Shown here: in pieces, positions 31,777 through 45,484 of the stretch
Layout of the letters: each line of letters opens with the position of its first letter
How positions within the stretch are numbered: position 1 is the first letter of the stretch
Assembly (NCBI GenBank): GCA_043228905.1
Contig: JBHGNT010000001.1
Coordinates: 186,001-250,000 of the forward strand
From: Azolla caroliniana
Taxonomy: Eukaryota > Plantae > Polypodiophyta
DNA: 64,000 nt
Reading direction: 5' to 3'
Notes under the pieces: model-generated
What the model saw: only the letters and a program-made list of their open reading frames with translations
Told to the model about the DNA's origin: nothing
The model's database searches: none
Program-made: the position numbers and the translations under genes

Positions 31777-34700
31777 TGTTGGGATTACGGTCCCTTCGGA
31801 TGGGATGGTCGGATGTCGGAGATGAATGCCGACAAGCCCGGTTTCGGTTTCGGATCCGGATGACGAAGACCCCGGTTTCGGTACCGGATGACGAATGTAC
31901 CCGGAGAGCGATCCGGATGCAGGGACATATCCGTGAATATGTTCGCTATGGGCCCCTGAGGCTACAGTTGTAAATAGCCCAAAGTCATATAAGTATAAAT
32001 ATGACTTAGGGCAAACTGTTTTTGTGTTGCTCATCATTTTTCTGTTTTTCCACTCAAGAGGAGTGAAGAGGGAGCAGCCGTGAGAGAGAGAGAGAGAGAT
32101 AGAGCGCGAGAGAGGAAGAGGACGAACGACGCCTCTGTGTATTTCCGCCGCCTGTGGCGAGGACAGCGAGCTCAAGGTCGTCGCCTTAGAGCTCGTCATT
32201 GTATACTTCTCTTTGTATAGTGTTGTTTGGAGTCTTGTACTCCCGTGGTTTTTCCCATCTAGGGTTTTCCACGTTAATCCCTGTGTACTTGTGTGTTTCC
32301 CCCTTTTGTTCCTATTTTCTGCTGCATTGATAAGCGATTACTCGGTTGTGGCCGAGTGAAGAAGGTTAATCGAAGAGTTGTTTCCTCACAAACTGGTATC
32401 AGAGCAAGGTTGCTGCAGAAAATGGAAGGCGGCGGCAGCGGGCAGCCGGGTATGATGGTGCTGAATGCGCAGAATTACGCCGACTGGAAGATCAAGATGG
32501 AGGATCTTCTGATTGTTCGGGACCTGTACGAACCGATTGACAGGTCGGAAATACCGAAAGGGGTACTTGAGTCGGAGTGGAAGCTCCTGAACCGGAAAGC
32601 CGTAGCGACGATCCGACAATATGTCGATGTAAGCGTCCTACAACATGTGGCGAACGACACCAACGCATATGAGATGTGGAAGAGGCTGTCGGGCCTCTAT
32701 GAGAGGAAGAATGCGTTGAACCGGACCTCCCTGATGAGGAAGATAGTGAATCTCAAGTACCGAGACGGCGAGAGTATGGTTGAACACGTAAGCACGTTCA
32801 TGGGATTCGTGAATCAGCTTGCGGCGATCAAGTTCCCGTTGGAGGATGCAATGCAAGCCATCATCCTGATGTGTACATTGCCGGAAAGCTGGGAGAACTT
32901 GGTGGTGACTCTCAGCACCTCCTGCACAGAAGATAACTTGTCCTTGCAAACGGTAAAGACAAGTATTTTGAACGAAGAAGCGCGTCGGAGAGACAAAGAA
33001 CCGGCCTCCGACTCGAAGGCGCTGCTTACCGAATCGGATCGGGGAAGACAATGGAACCGGAGTCCGCAAAGACGGGAGAAGTCGGGGACCCGGTCGCAGT
33101 CAAGAGGAAGACCCACATGCTTCCACTGTGGGAAGCCGGGGCAGTTCCGAAAGAATTGTCGGCATTACCGAAAAGACAACGGAGCCGACGACACCGACTC
33201 GAAGAAGTCACCGGAGAGAAACGGTGCATACCGGGGAGCCACGGACCGGAGAGGTTCGGATCGGCGAGGGCAGGACCGGAAAGGAACAACGGCACTCGCG
33301 GCAAGTGAGGAAGAAATCATGCTCATCACCGAAGAAGGTGAGCTAAATGTTGCCGGCGATGAGACGACCTGGGTGGTCGATTCCGGAGCATCGTTCCACC
33401 TGACCCCGGAGAGAAGATACTTCTCATCCTACACAGCCGGTGAGCATGGCTGTGTTCGGATGGGAAATGAAGGTACGTGCCGGATTGCCGGCATCGGAGA
33501 CGTGTGGTTGACAACCCCGACCGGATGCAAAATGCTGCTGAAGGATGTCCGACACGTTCCGGAGGTTCGATTGAACCTGATTTCGGCCGGGAGGCTAGAC
33601 GATGAAGGCTACACAGGTAGCATCCGGAACGGCGTAATGAAGTTCAGCAAGGGGAGCCTGATAGTGGCTCGGGCCCGGAAAGTCAATACTCTGTACCTGA
33701 TGAATGCCCGGTTATGTCCGGAAGAGCTGAATGTGGCAGCCGACACTGCCGGTGAGCTGTGGCACAAGAGACTGTGCCACATGAGTGAGAAGGGGATGAA
33801 GAGGCTTGCAGAAGACAACCTTATTCCAGTGAAGCATGTGCACCTGGAGAAGTGCACCGATTGCCTGGCCGGTAAGCAGAACCGAACCTCCTTCCACTCA
33901 AGGCCACCGACGAGACGTAGCGCACCATTGGAGTTGGTGCACACTGATGTGTGTCAGGTAGAAGCGAAGTCACATGGCGGAGCCCAGTACTTCGTAACAT
34001 TCATTGATGATCACAGCCGGAAGCTGTGGACGGCACCGCTGAAGACAAAGGACCAAGTGTTGTGCGTCTTCAAAGAACTCCACGCGAGAGTGGAAAGGGA
34101 ATCCGGCAACAAGCTGAAAGCGATACGAGCGGATAACGGAGGGGAGTACCGGGGGCAGTTCCAGGAGTACTATCGCTCGAAGGGAATCCGGCTCGAGTTT
34201 ACTGTGCCGAAGACGCCGGAACTAAACGGGCTGGCTGAGAGGATGAACCGGACCATAATGGAGTGGGTCCGGAGTATGCTGGCGCATGCGAAATTACCCA
34301 AGGGGTTTTGGGTTGAGGCAATGTCGACGGCGACATACGTGATAAACAGATCACCCTCAGTGCCTTTGGATGGAGACACGCCGCAGAAAGTGTGGACCGG
34401 TAAGGAAGTGTCCTACCGGCATCTGAAGGTGTTCGGGTGTCTCGCATACGTGCATGTGGCAAAGGACCGGAGAGGAAAGCTAGATCCGAAGACCCGGCCA
34501 TGCATATTCCTCGGTTACGGCGACGACGAGTTCGGCTACCGAGTATGGGACCCGGTCGACAAGAAGATATTCAGGAGTCAAGACATCATCTTCATGGAGG
34601 ACAAGACACTCGCCGACTGGGAATCGGAGAAGAAGATGAAGAGCTCCAAGTCGACCGGTGAGGATCAACTCTACGAGGAGCAGTCCCGACCGGCAAGGGA

Positions 34701-37119
34701 CCGGTTAGCACTCGAGGATCCGGCCGAAGATGGTGAAGAAACAGAACCGGCCGAAGAAGATGAAAATGATACCGGAACCGGCCCCGATCCCGAAATGGAT
34801 TCGGATGAAGAAGAATCGGAAGAACCGGTTACCGAAGCTCCGGAACGAAGATATCCTCTAAGAGAGAGAAGGGCCCCCCGGAGATTTCCGGAACCAGAGC
34901 ACGTGCTGCTAACCGACGAGGGGGAGCCGGAGAGCTTTGAAGAAGCAAAACATGACACCCAGAGCCGCAGGTGGTTGAGTGCCATGCAGGACGAGATGGA
35001 TTCCCTGCATGAGAACCACACATATGAACTTGTGGAGTTGCCGAAAGGAAAGCGGGCACTTCGAAACAAGTGGGTGTTCAAGCTGAAACCGGGAGATGCC
35101 GGAAACCCCCCGAGATACAAAGCCAGGATCGTGGTGAAGGGGTTTCAGCAGAAGAAGGGCGTCGACTTCGACGAGATATTTGCCCCGGTAGTGAAGATGA
35201 CCTCCATCCGGATGGTGCTGAGCATAGCGGCAAGCATGGACCTCGAGGTAGAACAGATGGACGTGAAGACGGCATTCCTTCACGGCGACCTCGATGAAGA
35301 GATCTACATGCAGCAACCGGAAGGATTCGAGAAGAAAGGGAAGGAGCACCTGGTATGCCGGTTGAAGAAGAGCCTTTACGGACTGAAGCAGGCTCCCCGG
35401 CAATGGTACCGGAAGTTCGACTCCTTCATGACCGACGAAGGGTACCTCAAAACGCAGTCCGACCACTGCGTGTTTGTGAAGAAGTTCGAAGGAGGAGACT
35501 TTCTAATACTCCTCCTGTACGTGGACGACATGTTGATCGTCGGACGGGACCAGGTCAAGATCCGGATGCTGAAGAAGGCTCTTCACCGAACCTTCTCAAT
35601 GAAGGACCTGGGTCCGGCGAGACAAATACTAGGGATGCACATCATCCGGGACCGGAGCAAGAAGCAGTTGTGGCTGTCACAAGAGAGGTACGTGACAAAG
35701 GTGCTTAAACGGTTCAACATGTCGGAAGCAAGACCGGTCGGATCAACCCTCCCGACAAGCTGCAAGCTGTCCAGCAAGCAAAGTCCCAAGACAAAGGCTG
35801 AAAAGGAGGATATGATGAAAGTGCCGTATGCCTCAGCCGTCGGGAGCTTGATGTACGCCATGGTGTGTACGAGACCGGACATCGGATATGCAGTCGGAGT
35901 AGTGAGCCGGTACATGAGCAATCCCGGCAAAGAGCATTGGAACGCGGCCAAGTGGATACTCCGATACCTGAAGGGCACAGCGAATGTGTGCCTCCGATTC
36001 GGCTCCGGTAAACCCGAACTCGACGGTTTCACCGATTCGGATATGTCGGCTGATGCAGATACCAGCCGGTCCACATCAGGGTATGTGATGACGTATGCAG
36101 GGGGAGCTGTTTCGTGGTAGTCGAGGCTGCAGAAGACGGTTGCGTTGTCAACCACGGAGGCGGAGTACATGGCGGCTGTTGAAGCCGGCAAGGAAATAAT
36201 ATGGATGAAGGACTTCATTAGAGAGCTCGGTATCCGGCAGGAGGAGTACCGACTCTACTGCGACAGTCAGAGTGCAATCCACCTTGCGAAGAACGCGGCC
36301 TATCACTCCCGGACGAAGCACATCCAGCGAAGATATCACTGGATCCGGGAAAGGATAGAAGACAAGGAGTTCGTGCTGACAAAGATCCACACGGACGAGA
36401 ACGGGTCGGATATGCTGACCAAGGTCCTCACACCCGACAAGCTGGAAGCATGCCGGAAGAGGATCGGATTGGAGAGACATCCCATGCCGAAGTGAAGGGG
36501 GAGTTTGTTGGGATTACGGTCCCTTCGGATGGGATGGTCGGATGTCGGAGATGAATGCCGACAAGCCCGGTTTCGGTTTCGGATCCGGATGACGAAGACC
36601 CCGGTTTCGGTACCGGATGACGAATGTACCCGGAGAGCGATCCGGATGCAGGGACATATCCGTGAATATGTTCGCTATGGGCCCCTGAGGCTACAGTTGT
36701 AAATAGCCCAAAGTCATATAAGTATAAATATGACTTAGGGCAAACTGTTTTTGTGTTGCTCATCATTTTTCTGTTTTTCCACTCAAGAGGAGTGAAGAGG
36801 GAGCAGCCGTGAGAGAGAGAGAGAGAGATAGAGCGCGAGAGAGGAAGAGGACGAACAACGCCTCTGTGTATTTCCGCCGCCTGTGGCGAGGACAGCGAGC
36901 TCAAGGTCGTCGCCTTAGAGCTCGTCATTGTATACTTCTCTTTGTATAGTGTTGTTTGGAGTCTTGTACTCCCGTGGTTTTTCCCATCTAGGGTTTTCCA
37001 CGTTAATCCCTGTGTACTTGTGTGTTTCCCCCTTTTGTTCCTATTTTCTGCTGCATTGATAAGCGATTACTCGGTTGTGGCCGAGTGAAGAAGGTTAATC
37101 GAAGAGTTGTTTCCTCACA
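31777..37119 (+). mobile_element. Very young full-length Ty1/copia (Tnt1/Tork-like) inserted in a LINE
   Basis: 614-bp LTRs 31777-32390 and 36506-37119 (one difference seen). TSD ACCCT. tRNA-iMet PBS TGGTATCAGAGC 32394-32405. PPT GAAGGGGGAG at about 36494-36503. Confidence 0.97.
32422..36495 (+). pseudogene. Copia gag-pol polyprotein with one in-frame stop in RNase H
   Basis: WVVDSGAS, LWHKRLCH, DDE integrase, YVDD and FTDSD. TAG at 36118-36120 in SW*SRLQ; the same frame continues through STTEAEY to TGA 36495. Confidence 0.93.
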
Positions 37120-37124
37120 ACCCT

Positions 37125-39145
37125 TGCATGGAAGAGAGTATGGGACCGAGACCACAAATACCCATCGAGGATCCCAACACTTGGCACACATATATAGAGA
37201 GACTCTACCATGTCCCAAACCAACCACCCATTCCAATGCCTTCCACACCTCGACCTACCACAAGGACACTTTTCATGACCTCTAGGGTCACGACGATCAT
37301 AAAAAAATTACAACATAGGAAGTTCATGGACCACACAAGATTGTGAGCCGAACAAATCATATATGCTCGAGAGTGTCTAGCTCTTTTTCTCACTCTAATC
37401 TTGAACAACACCCTCGCTGAGGGTTTTCCACCACAATCAACCATGAACACAGTGGCCCCTATACATAAATGATGGGACCCAATGGACCCAAATACATATA
37501 GGACCATTATGATAGGTCATACGCTCACTAAATTATATGGTGCAGTAATGGAAGCAAAGCTCATCGATTATATGGAAATCTTAAGTCTTCGAGCACCTGA
37601 GAAGGTTGGCTTTAGACGAGCCTTCTCCACTATTGACCATATCTTCACACTTAGATGCTTAATTGACCAGTCGAAGGCTCGCAAGAAGAAACTATATTGT
37701 TGCTTTGTGGACTTCCGTGAAGCCTTTGACATAGTTCCTAGGGAGCAGTTGTTTGATAGGCTTAAAATCTTGGAGATACCAAATGACATGATTTGGGCCA
37801 TCTATGCTCTATATGAGCAAGTCTCTAGGTGCGTAAGATGCCCAGGTGGCCTATCCGATTGCTTCAGCATCACCATTGGTGTAAAACAGGGTCGCCCCCT
37901 ATCACCAACTCTTTTTGGGATCTACATTGATGAGGTCACTGATTTTATTGATCATAAGGGAGGCAACGGAGTAGCCATTGGGGGTACGCAAGTTAGTCTC
38001 TTACTCTACACAGACGACATAGTTTTGCTCTCAGAGTTTGAACAAGACCTACAAAAGCACCTTAATGCCCTAGATGACTTTTGCACATAACGAAGACTAG
38101 TAGTGAATCTAGCGAAAACTAAAGTCCTTATCTTTTATACATCGTCTCGAGTTAGGAGTAAACTAGCTGAGGTAGTTGGATCATATGTATATATGGGAGT
38201 CACTTTTTGCGCTCATTCAGGTAAATTCTCAATGACCCAGGCAACCAAAGATAGGCTAACGAGAGGGTATGCATCCCTCTCACTCTTAGAGAGACAACGT
38301 CACCAGACATACTTTCATGAGACACAAACTAAGGGATGGCTCTTCGACTCATTAGTTACCCCTTCCCTCATGTATGCATTAGTAGTATGGGCTCCATGTC
38401 TACCATCTTTCATGTGGATCCAATTAGAGAGACCTTTGGTGACGATGTTATCACGTCAACTCCGAAGCAAATCGACAGTACCACGTGACATTATTAGAGT
38501 AGAGTTTAGTTTGCCCTCGATGTTAGTAGAAGCACTTTTCCAATTGGTAGTTTTTATTCATTGGATACATAGCCAACCACAAGGTAGGATATCTCGTCAA
38601 GCTTTTGAGGCATCCCGACCCTATATGTGTCCGAAGATACTAGCTCTTGGTATATCATTGTAGTGAGTTGGTTATTTGCAAATGGCATAGACATTAATAA
38701 CCTACCTCTCCTTAAGTACAACCATGGGATTGATCAAACTTTAATATCCCATGAGGATCGTAATAAAGTAATACGCCAAGAAATATGGCAAATTTACACC
38801 CGATATAAATGAATCACCCCACGAGAGCCACTCCCATCTAAAATGTTGTACTATAAGGAACACTTCATGCACTTCTCTAAGTTAGGTTTTATTACACGAC
38901 CAAAATATCTAGATACATTCTTATCAAATGCACTAAGGGTGGCCATTGGACAACTTAGGATATTGGGAGGATATTATCCCACAAACCTGAGATTGAGAAT
39001 GGCCATGCTAATAAAGTCCCTAGAGAGGAAAGGCTATGTAGGTTATGTCACATAGAGATAGAGGATGAGTATCATTTTACATGCAAGTGTCCAACTTATG
39101 TCGAGATAAGGGCGAAATATCAGGACCCTCTCCCACCCTCTCCAT
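37125..39145 (+). mobile_element. Degenerate LINE (RTE-X-like) RT and C-terminal region; 31735-31776 is probably its left piece
   Basis: YRTIMIG, GFRRAFSTIDHIF, CFVDFREAFD, GVKQGRPLSPTLF, LLYTDD and terminal CRLC...EDEYHF..KC; many stops. Confidence 0.9.
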
Positions 39146-40308
39146 TTTTGGGTAAATACTTCTTCTTCTTTTTTTACTTTCGATTAATGGGTAAATACCC
39201 CATTTTTGTTGTAAACCAATTGTCTCATGGACCAATTTTGGTCTTAGATGACGTGAATATTTCTTTCTTTCTTTCTTTCTATGTTCTCTCACTACAACCA
39301 CCACTTGTAAAACAAAAATGTGCTAAATATGTGTCATAGGACCTTACTTCTATGATGCTTAGTTTATGATACAAGGAGGTGGGATGTTCACACACTTGGG
39401 TAATCTTAAGGTCTGTTCCCACACTAGGGAAGTTGAGTTTGATTCTCAACAATAACCTTGTGGGTTAGTGTTACTAATGAGATGTATTAATGAAGAGGTT
39501 GAAATGATGTTGAATTGGATGCACAGCTCCTCATGTAACAATATCTTAGGCATAACCTTTAGAATTGACGCTTTTGAAATGGGGATTCCCGAGCTTTATA
39601 ATATTTCTTTTTACTCTCCACTCCTTTTCTGCCCAACTTGGTAACAGAGATCTCGTAGAGAGAACAAGCTTATATTAATTGGTAGTTGTCTCTCCCTTAC
39701 GAAGTGTTCATTGTCTACAAGTAGTACTCTTCCTACCTTTTTCCAATGTCAAGTTTATGTTAATGTTAAGATAGTGATAATCAATGGTTGTGTATCACGA
39801 GTGACATAATAGTAAAGTTAAATCATAGTTTAACTATATTGGTACCTATGGCAACAATGATGGTAAGACTTTATCTTATGGATCACGGATGTCTATCACA
39901 ACCCAAACTAGATTTTTCTTTGTGGTTAGTTAATTACTTTTTGGGATTCATCATGTTGTGTTCGTACAGAAAGCATTGCGTAGTTATCTCAATGTCATCG
40001 AAAAACGTGAAAGTCCCACATTGATTTAGTTTCCCTTTGACAGGCTGCCAAAATTTCATGCACATGCACCCCACTCAAGACTTCTTGTTAACATTTCTTC
40101 CATGTACATAAATTGTCGTACATTTATTACTTTTGCTAAACAAATTGTCACTTCGGTATGATGTATCTTCTCGAGAAAACAACAAAGAAACGAGTTCCTT
40201 GTCTAGACATGTGACAAATTTCAGAGCTGTATGTAGGGGGATGAAATGTTATCCAAGGGGAGGAAGAGATTTTCATACAAAATGATGTCATTAATTGGAG
40301 AGTGTTGT

Positions 40309-40601
40309 AGCACCGACCGAGAAGAATCTGTGTGTGTGTGTGTGTTATAGACAGTACATACATACATACATACATACATACATACACATATACACACACA
40401 CACACACATATATATATCATGCATAGTACGTAAAATTCATGTTAGCACCGACCGAGAAGAATCTGTGTGTGTGTGTGTGTTATAGACAGTACATATATAT
40501 GTATATACATACATACATACATACATACATATACATATACATATATATATATATATATCATGTATAGTACGTAAAATTCATGTTAGCACCGACCGAGAAG
40601 A

Positions 40602-40644
<43 letters not shown>

Positions 40645-40666
40645 AGACAATACATATATATATATA
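40309..40666. repeat. Compound minisatellite, about 3 units of 135-140 bp with variable (GT)n and (TACA)n
   Basis: AGCACCGACCGAGAAGAAT at 40309, 40444 and 40585. The tail of unit 3 (CATGCATAGTACGTAAAATTC) reappears at about 41429. Confidence 0.85.
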
Positions 40667-41419
40667 CATAGATTAGCCCATGCGTGATATTCTTGAGATT
40701 CAACATCCGTAATATTCGTGGTATTCGAGAATAGAAAATGGCCCTAAGAATATTATAAAACCATTCGTTTACATATACATATACACACATACATATATAC
40801 ACATACACATACACAAACATATATATACATATACACACACATACATAGATACATATATACACACATACATATATACATATACACACGCATACATATATGT
40901 ATACAGAGACATACATCAATAATTAATTAACTCATTAATATAATAATTAATTTACTATTAACTAATTAATTCACTTAAACATTAATTGATTCACTAATAC
41001 ATTAATTAATTCCTTGGAAAATATTAGTTAATTAATTAATAATCAATTAATGCATTAATAATTAATTAATTAGGGCTTTGGCAAAACTTAGGGTTTCAAT
41101 GAAACTTTGAATTTGCGGTGGACAACAAGATGTAGGATTAGGTAGAGCATGAGAGGGAGTCGATGACGCAGGCTGAAAAGAAGAAATTTTGTCCTGGCCG
41201 AGAACAGGATATAGAGGGAGGCGAGGGTGTAAGTAGCACGCAGAGGGAGTAGGGTGAGGCATCCTTGCTTCCTGTTGACCACTGTTCACTCGCTCGTAAA
41301 TAAAACACTATTTTTTTTATTTATTTTTATTTCAAAAAAAAGAATAAAACGAATATATTTACGTGTATTCGTATGGATTCGTGGGGCAAGCCCCACGAAT
41401 ACGAATATTTCAATCTATG
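40667..41419. mobile_element. Putative non-autonomous DNA transposon inserted in a (TA)n run
   Basis: Splits minisatellite unit 3. CATAGATT...AATCTATG inverted termini flanked by TA; subterminal TATTCG/CGAATA motifs; perfect hairpin at 41377-41400. Confidence 0.6.
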
Positions 41420-41787
41420 TATATATATCATGCATAGTACGTAAAATTCGTGTTCGTCTAGCATAACATTCGTTCTCCTACGTTGGAAAATGAATGCAAA
41501 TGTTATTCAAACATTCTTGTGTTTTTTTTTGTTTTTTCCCTGTTTTTGTTTTTTCTTTTTCATTTTTTAGGCTTATTTACCTCATAATAAATAGGTAATC
41601 CAAAAGTATGGTATTTATCATTCTTTGAGGGTGTATTTCTTACACGAATGATTGAAACTATGGTTCATACTATGTATAATAATATATGTGTATATTGTGG
41701 TGTGCATCTGTGTTATATAGTGAAATGCACATAACACAGATGCACACCACAATATATATATATGTATGTACATACATACATACATAC

Positions 41788-41825
<38 letters not shown>

Positions 41826-42523
41826 AAATGGTATTGTAGGAGGGAGGGAGGTAGACCGTAGGTAGTAGTAATGTAGGGCGAACACACAAAAAAACGTGAT
41901 ATGCGAAAAGGAGAGGAGTTCGGGAGAGGATTGATTCTTCTGCCCGCGCAACAACTTTAAGAGCAGAGCAGGGCGGGGCCACTTGTTTTTTATTTATTTA
42001 ACTCACTTGACACTCATGAGTCATTACCATGTTTTAAAATTTATATGAATATATATACTGTATATATTGTATATATATATATATATATGTATGTATATGT
42101 ATAACAGTATATGTATATATATATATATATGGTGGTGTTTGTTCTCGCCCCCTTTCCCTTTCCCCACCACCGTAAAAAAGAAAACGAAAAGTAGGAATAC
42201 TGAATGAATAAATGAATGAGGTGGGCAAGGAAACACGCAACAAACACTTCTCAAAAACTCTCCTCTTACGCAACAAAAAGAAAAGACGTCTTTCCTCCTC
42301 CTTTCTTCTCTTCCTTCCATTTCCTTCTCTTCCTTTCATCAAACATCCGCTCGTTGCTGCTCCTCCCTTCTGCACGCACGCACATTCATTCTTATATTTT
42401 GTTACTGCTATTATTAGTAGTAGTAGTAAGTAATCGTCTAAAGAAAGAATATCAGCAGATCAGATCCATCTAAAAAAACAATGAATATTGGCCGCCTCCA
42501 TCACCGTCTTTGAGGCGTCGGCC

Positions 42524-44522
42524 ATGACTACTGCTACTACTCGGAAATTATTGGCTGCCCCATCCGCCAGCATTCTCCTAAAAACAGAGCCTTCTCCTCC
42601 TCCTCTTCTTAATAATAATAATAATAATATGTGGTCCTCCTCTTATTCCTCCTCCTCCTCCTCCTCTCATCTGCCACATCATGTTACTTCTGTTGCCTCC
42701 CTCCAAGGTTCGCGCCTCCGCCTCCGCTCCAATTTCCTTCAGCTCTACACCATCCCTGCGAGGAGTGGGCAATATCACACTCGCACATCCTCTGTGCCGC
42801 CTAATTCAGTGGTGAGTGACTATGATCTCTCATATTATGTATAAAAATAAGACACTGCAACCTTCATTCCTTCCTGATACCCATACCATGCAGCTCCGTT
42901 TTCCCTTCCCCCCTCATCTGATCTGATCTGATCTGATCTACTACTGTCTCTCATTTAGATATCTGCTCGATTGTTTGGCCCCGCCATCTTCGAATCTTCT
43001 AAGCTCAAGGTCCTCTTCCTGGGCGATGGTAAAGACAAGCATCCTGAGCAAATGCCCCGTGCATATACGCTCACGCATAGCGATGTCACAGCCAAACTCA
43101 CCCTTGCCATCTCTCACACCATCAACATACCCCAGGTTTACAACCATCCATATATATATATATATATATATTCAAATTTTCTACTTATTACTCCGTCCAT
43201 TCACAGAACTTTTGCTTCGTCCTTTGGTTTGGTTGTGTCAGTAACTCATGATTTCTGTCTGATGTGATTGATTTTCGGGGGCGGCAGATCCAAGGATGGT
43301 ATAGCAGATTGCAGAGGGACGAGGTCCTCGCGGAATGGAACAAATACCAAGGCTCCATGTCTCTCCATGTCCACTGTCACATCAGCGGTGGTCATTGGTT
43401 GCTGGATGTCATCGCCAGGCTTCGCTTCTATATCTTCCGCAAAGAGCTCCCCGTCGTATGTCTTTGTCTTTGTCTTTGTCTTTGTCTTTGTCTTTGTTTA
43501 TACTAAATGATTTACGCAAACTGAAACGACCTGTGGTATTCTCTGGTTACCTAGGCTCTAGGATATGCTCTGAAATTATACTACCCCCTGCGCTTGCTAA
43601 TCTGTGTTTCCTTCCTCCCCTCCCCTACATCGCCCGCCCTGCCATGATGTTGAAATCACATTAAACGTTCAACCTTCACGGGCTTTTTGTTGCATTTCAA
43701 TACATTATGGTTTGATTTTGGATCCAACAGGGGATTTTTTTGATCATGCTTAATTTTGCTTGCTAATTAGGTTCTAGAGGCATTCAGGCATGGCGACGAG
43801 ACATTGTTCAAGAACCACCCAGGTAGTTCCGTCGTTGTTTTTACTTTTAAACTTTTTAGAGCCGTAATTACCAATGGAGCGTAGTTTAACAATGCAAATT
43901 TTGCTGGTTAAATCGATGATGTTGTTAGAGGAATGCAAATTGGATGTTTGACGATTTCAATAGGTGTAACTTAGGAGCAAATAAAGTGGTGCTGATTGAC
44001 TTTAAATGCTTTTCGTGTTTAATCACGAGATTGACGATGGATTCTTTTTTTTATTCTTATCTCTAGAGTTGGAAGAATCTTCAGTGTGGGTATACTTCCA
44101 CTCAAACATGGAGGAATTCAATCGCGTCGAATATTGGGGACCCCTAAGAGAAGCAGCTTGCAAGGTAAGAGAACATCATTAGAAGGAAGAAAGCTTAGCA
44201 CCTTGTGATGATGCTAAAGATAGCTTTTACTCTAATTGTGGTCCATAAAGGTGGGAATTTAAATGGTTGGTTGCAGGGGGCACCATCAGAAGAAGACATG
44301 CATGAAGGCATGGGCATGGGCATGGAGGAGAATCATGCCAAATATGGTGCGATGCAGATACCACCCATGAGGTGCCAAGTTACATGTGATTGTTGTTCTC
44401 CACATGGGAATGTCATTCCACTCCCAGCTTCTTTCAAAGATAATCTGTATAGCAACTCCTATAATTGGTCAATGGACTTTGACACTTCCATTGGGGATAC
44501 GTCAAGCCCGCCATTAGAATGA
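42524..44522 (+). CDS. SGR: STAY-GREEN (SGR1-type Mg-dechelatase), 6 exons: 42524-42811, 42959-43135, 43288-43455, 43771-43822, 44067-44164, 44277-44522
   Basis: Ser-rich transit peptide, ARLFGPAIFESSKLKVLFLG, PRAYTLTHSD, QRDEVLAEW, LHVHCHISG, VWVYFHSN, WGPL and a C-terminal Cys motif. GT-AG introns keep the frame. Start codon uncertain. Confidence 0.95.
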
Positions 44523-45288
44523 AACCCCCTGAGAGACCGTCGTCGTAATTCAATCAAATGTAAACGCAACTAGTCTCACTATGCACCACACATTTATTTG
44601 TAACCACAATATATATGTGTTCTATACATATTCTATGCTCCTTTGGTCCGTTATCCGATGTTTTAACTTCTGCATATTGTTCTGTAAATATTATTAGACT
44701 TGGAAAACCACCATTTCAATATTTTTAAGGGAAACAAATAATACTACATACCGTAATCTATAGACTATAACCCAAATCTCTCCACCATGCATTTAAACTA
44801 GGTATCTTCAAAGCAAAGTCCGAAGGGAACTGCAACAAACTTATTGTACTATATCTCCATTGTATATTATTTTGCCTAAACATTGCCTTACAAATCTTAA
44901 AGTAAATGCTTTCTTCCAAGTGATCACCAAATTATTTGACTTTGAATCAGAGATTCTAAGTGACGTATAAAAAACATAGAGGCGGAAAATTCACAAGGGA
45001 CATCACAGTTTTTTGCAACCTTCAATCAAAGATGTGTCAAGGAACTTTGTTATATCAAGGAATAAATCAAAGCATTTATGAGTAACGTCCTAATGGAACA
45101 TTAGATTGAAGTTATCTTCCAATAAAATAGTTTAATGTTTTAAATTAATGTCGCCATAAGTAATGGCCAAAGTGCGGTGAGTTTCCTCTATTTTTAAGAT
45201 TTTAAATATAGTGAATTGGTTAAATAGGTAACTTTAACTAAAAAGGACGATTCAAAAGTAATTTATATTTGTGTGTCCACATTTGATT

Positions 45289-45484
45289 GTGGACCCCATT
45301 GTAATGTGATTGTATGTGTCACATGTTTCAATTGATGTACCATTTGCTATATGTACATATTTGGCAATGAGAAATAACAATGATGGTGGACCCCATTGTA
45401 ATGTGATTGTATGTGTCGCATGTTTCAATTGATGTACCATTTGCTATATGTACATATTTGGCAATGAGAAATAACAATGATGGT
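45289..45484. repeat. 97-bp tandem duplication
   Basis: GTGGACCCCATTGTAATGTG at 45289 and 45386. Confidence 0.9.

Noticed and set aside
36118-36126. Programmed stop-codon readthrough in Copia
   Set aside because: The stop lies inside RNase H at a conserved Gln position and lacks a CARYYA-type context.
40309-40666. CRISPR-like repeat-spacer pattern
   Set aside because: The spacers are microsatellites, the units are whole tandem duplications, the context is eukaryotic and there are no cas genes.
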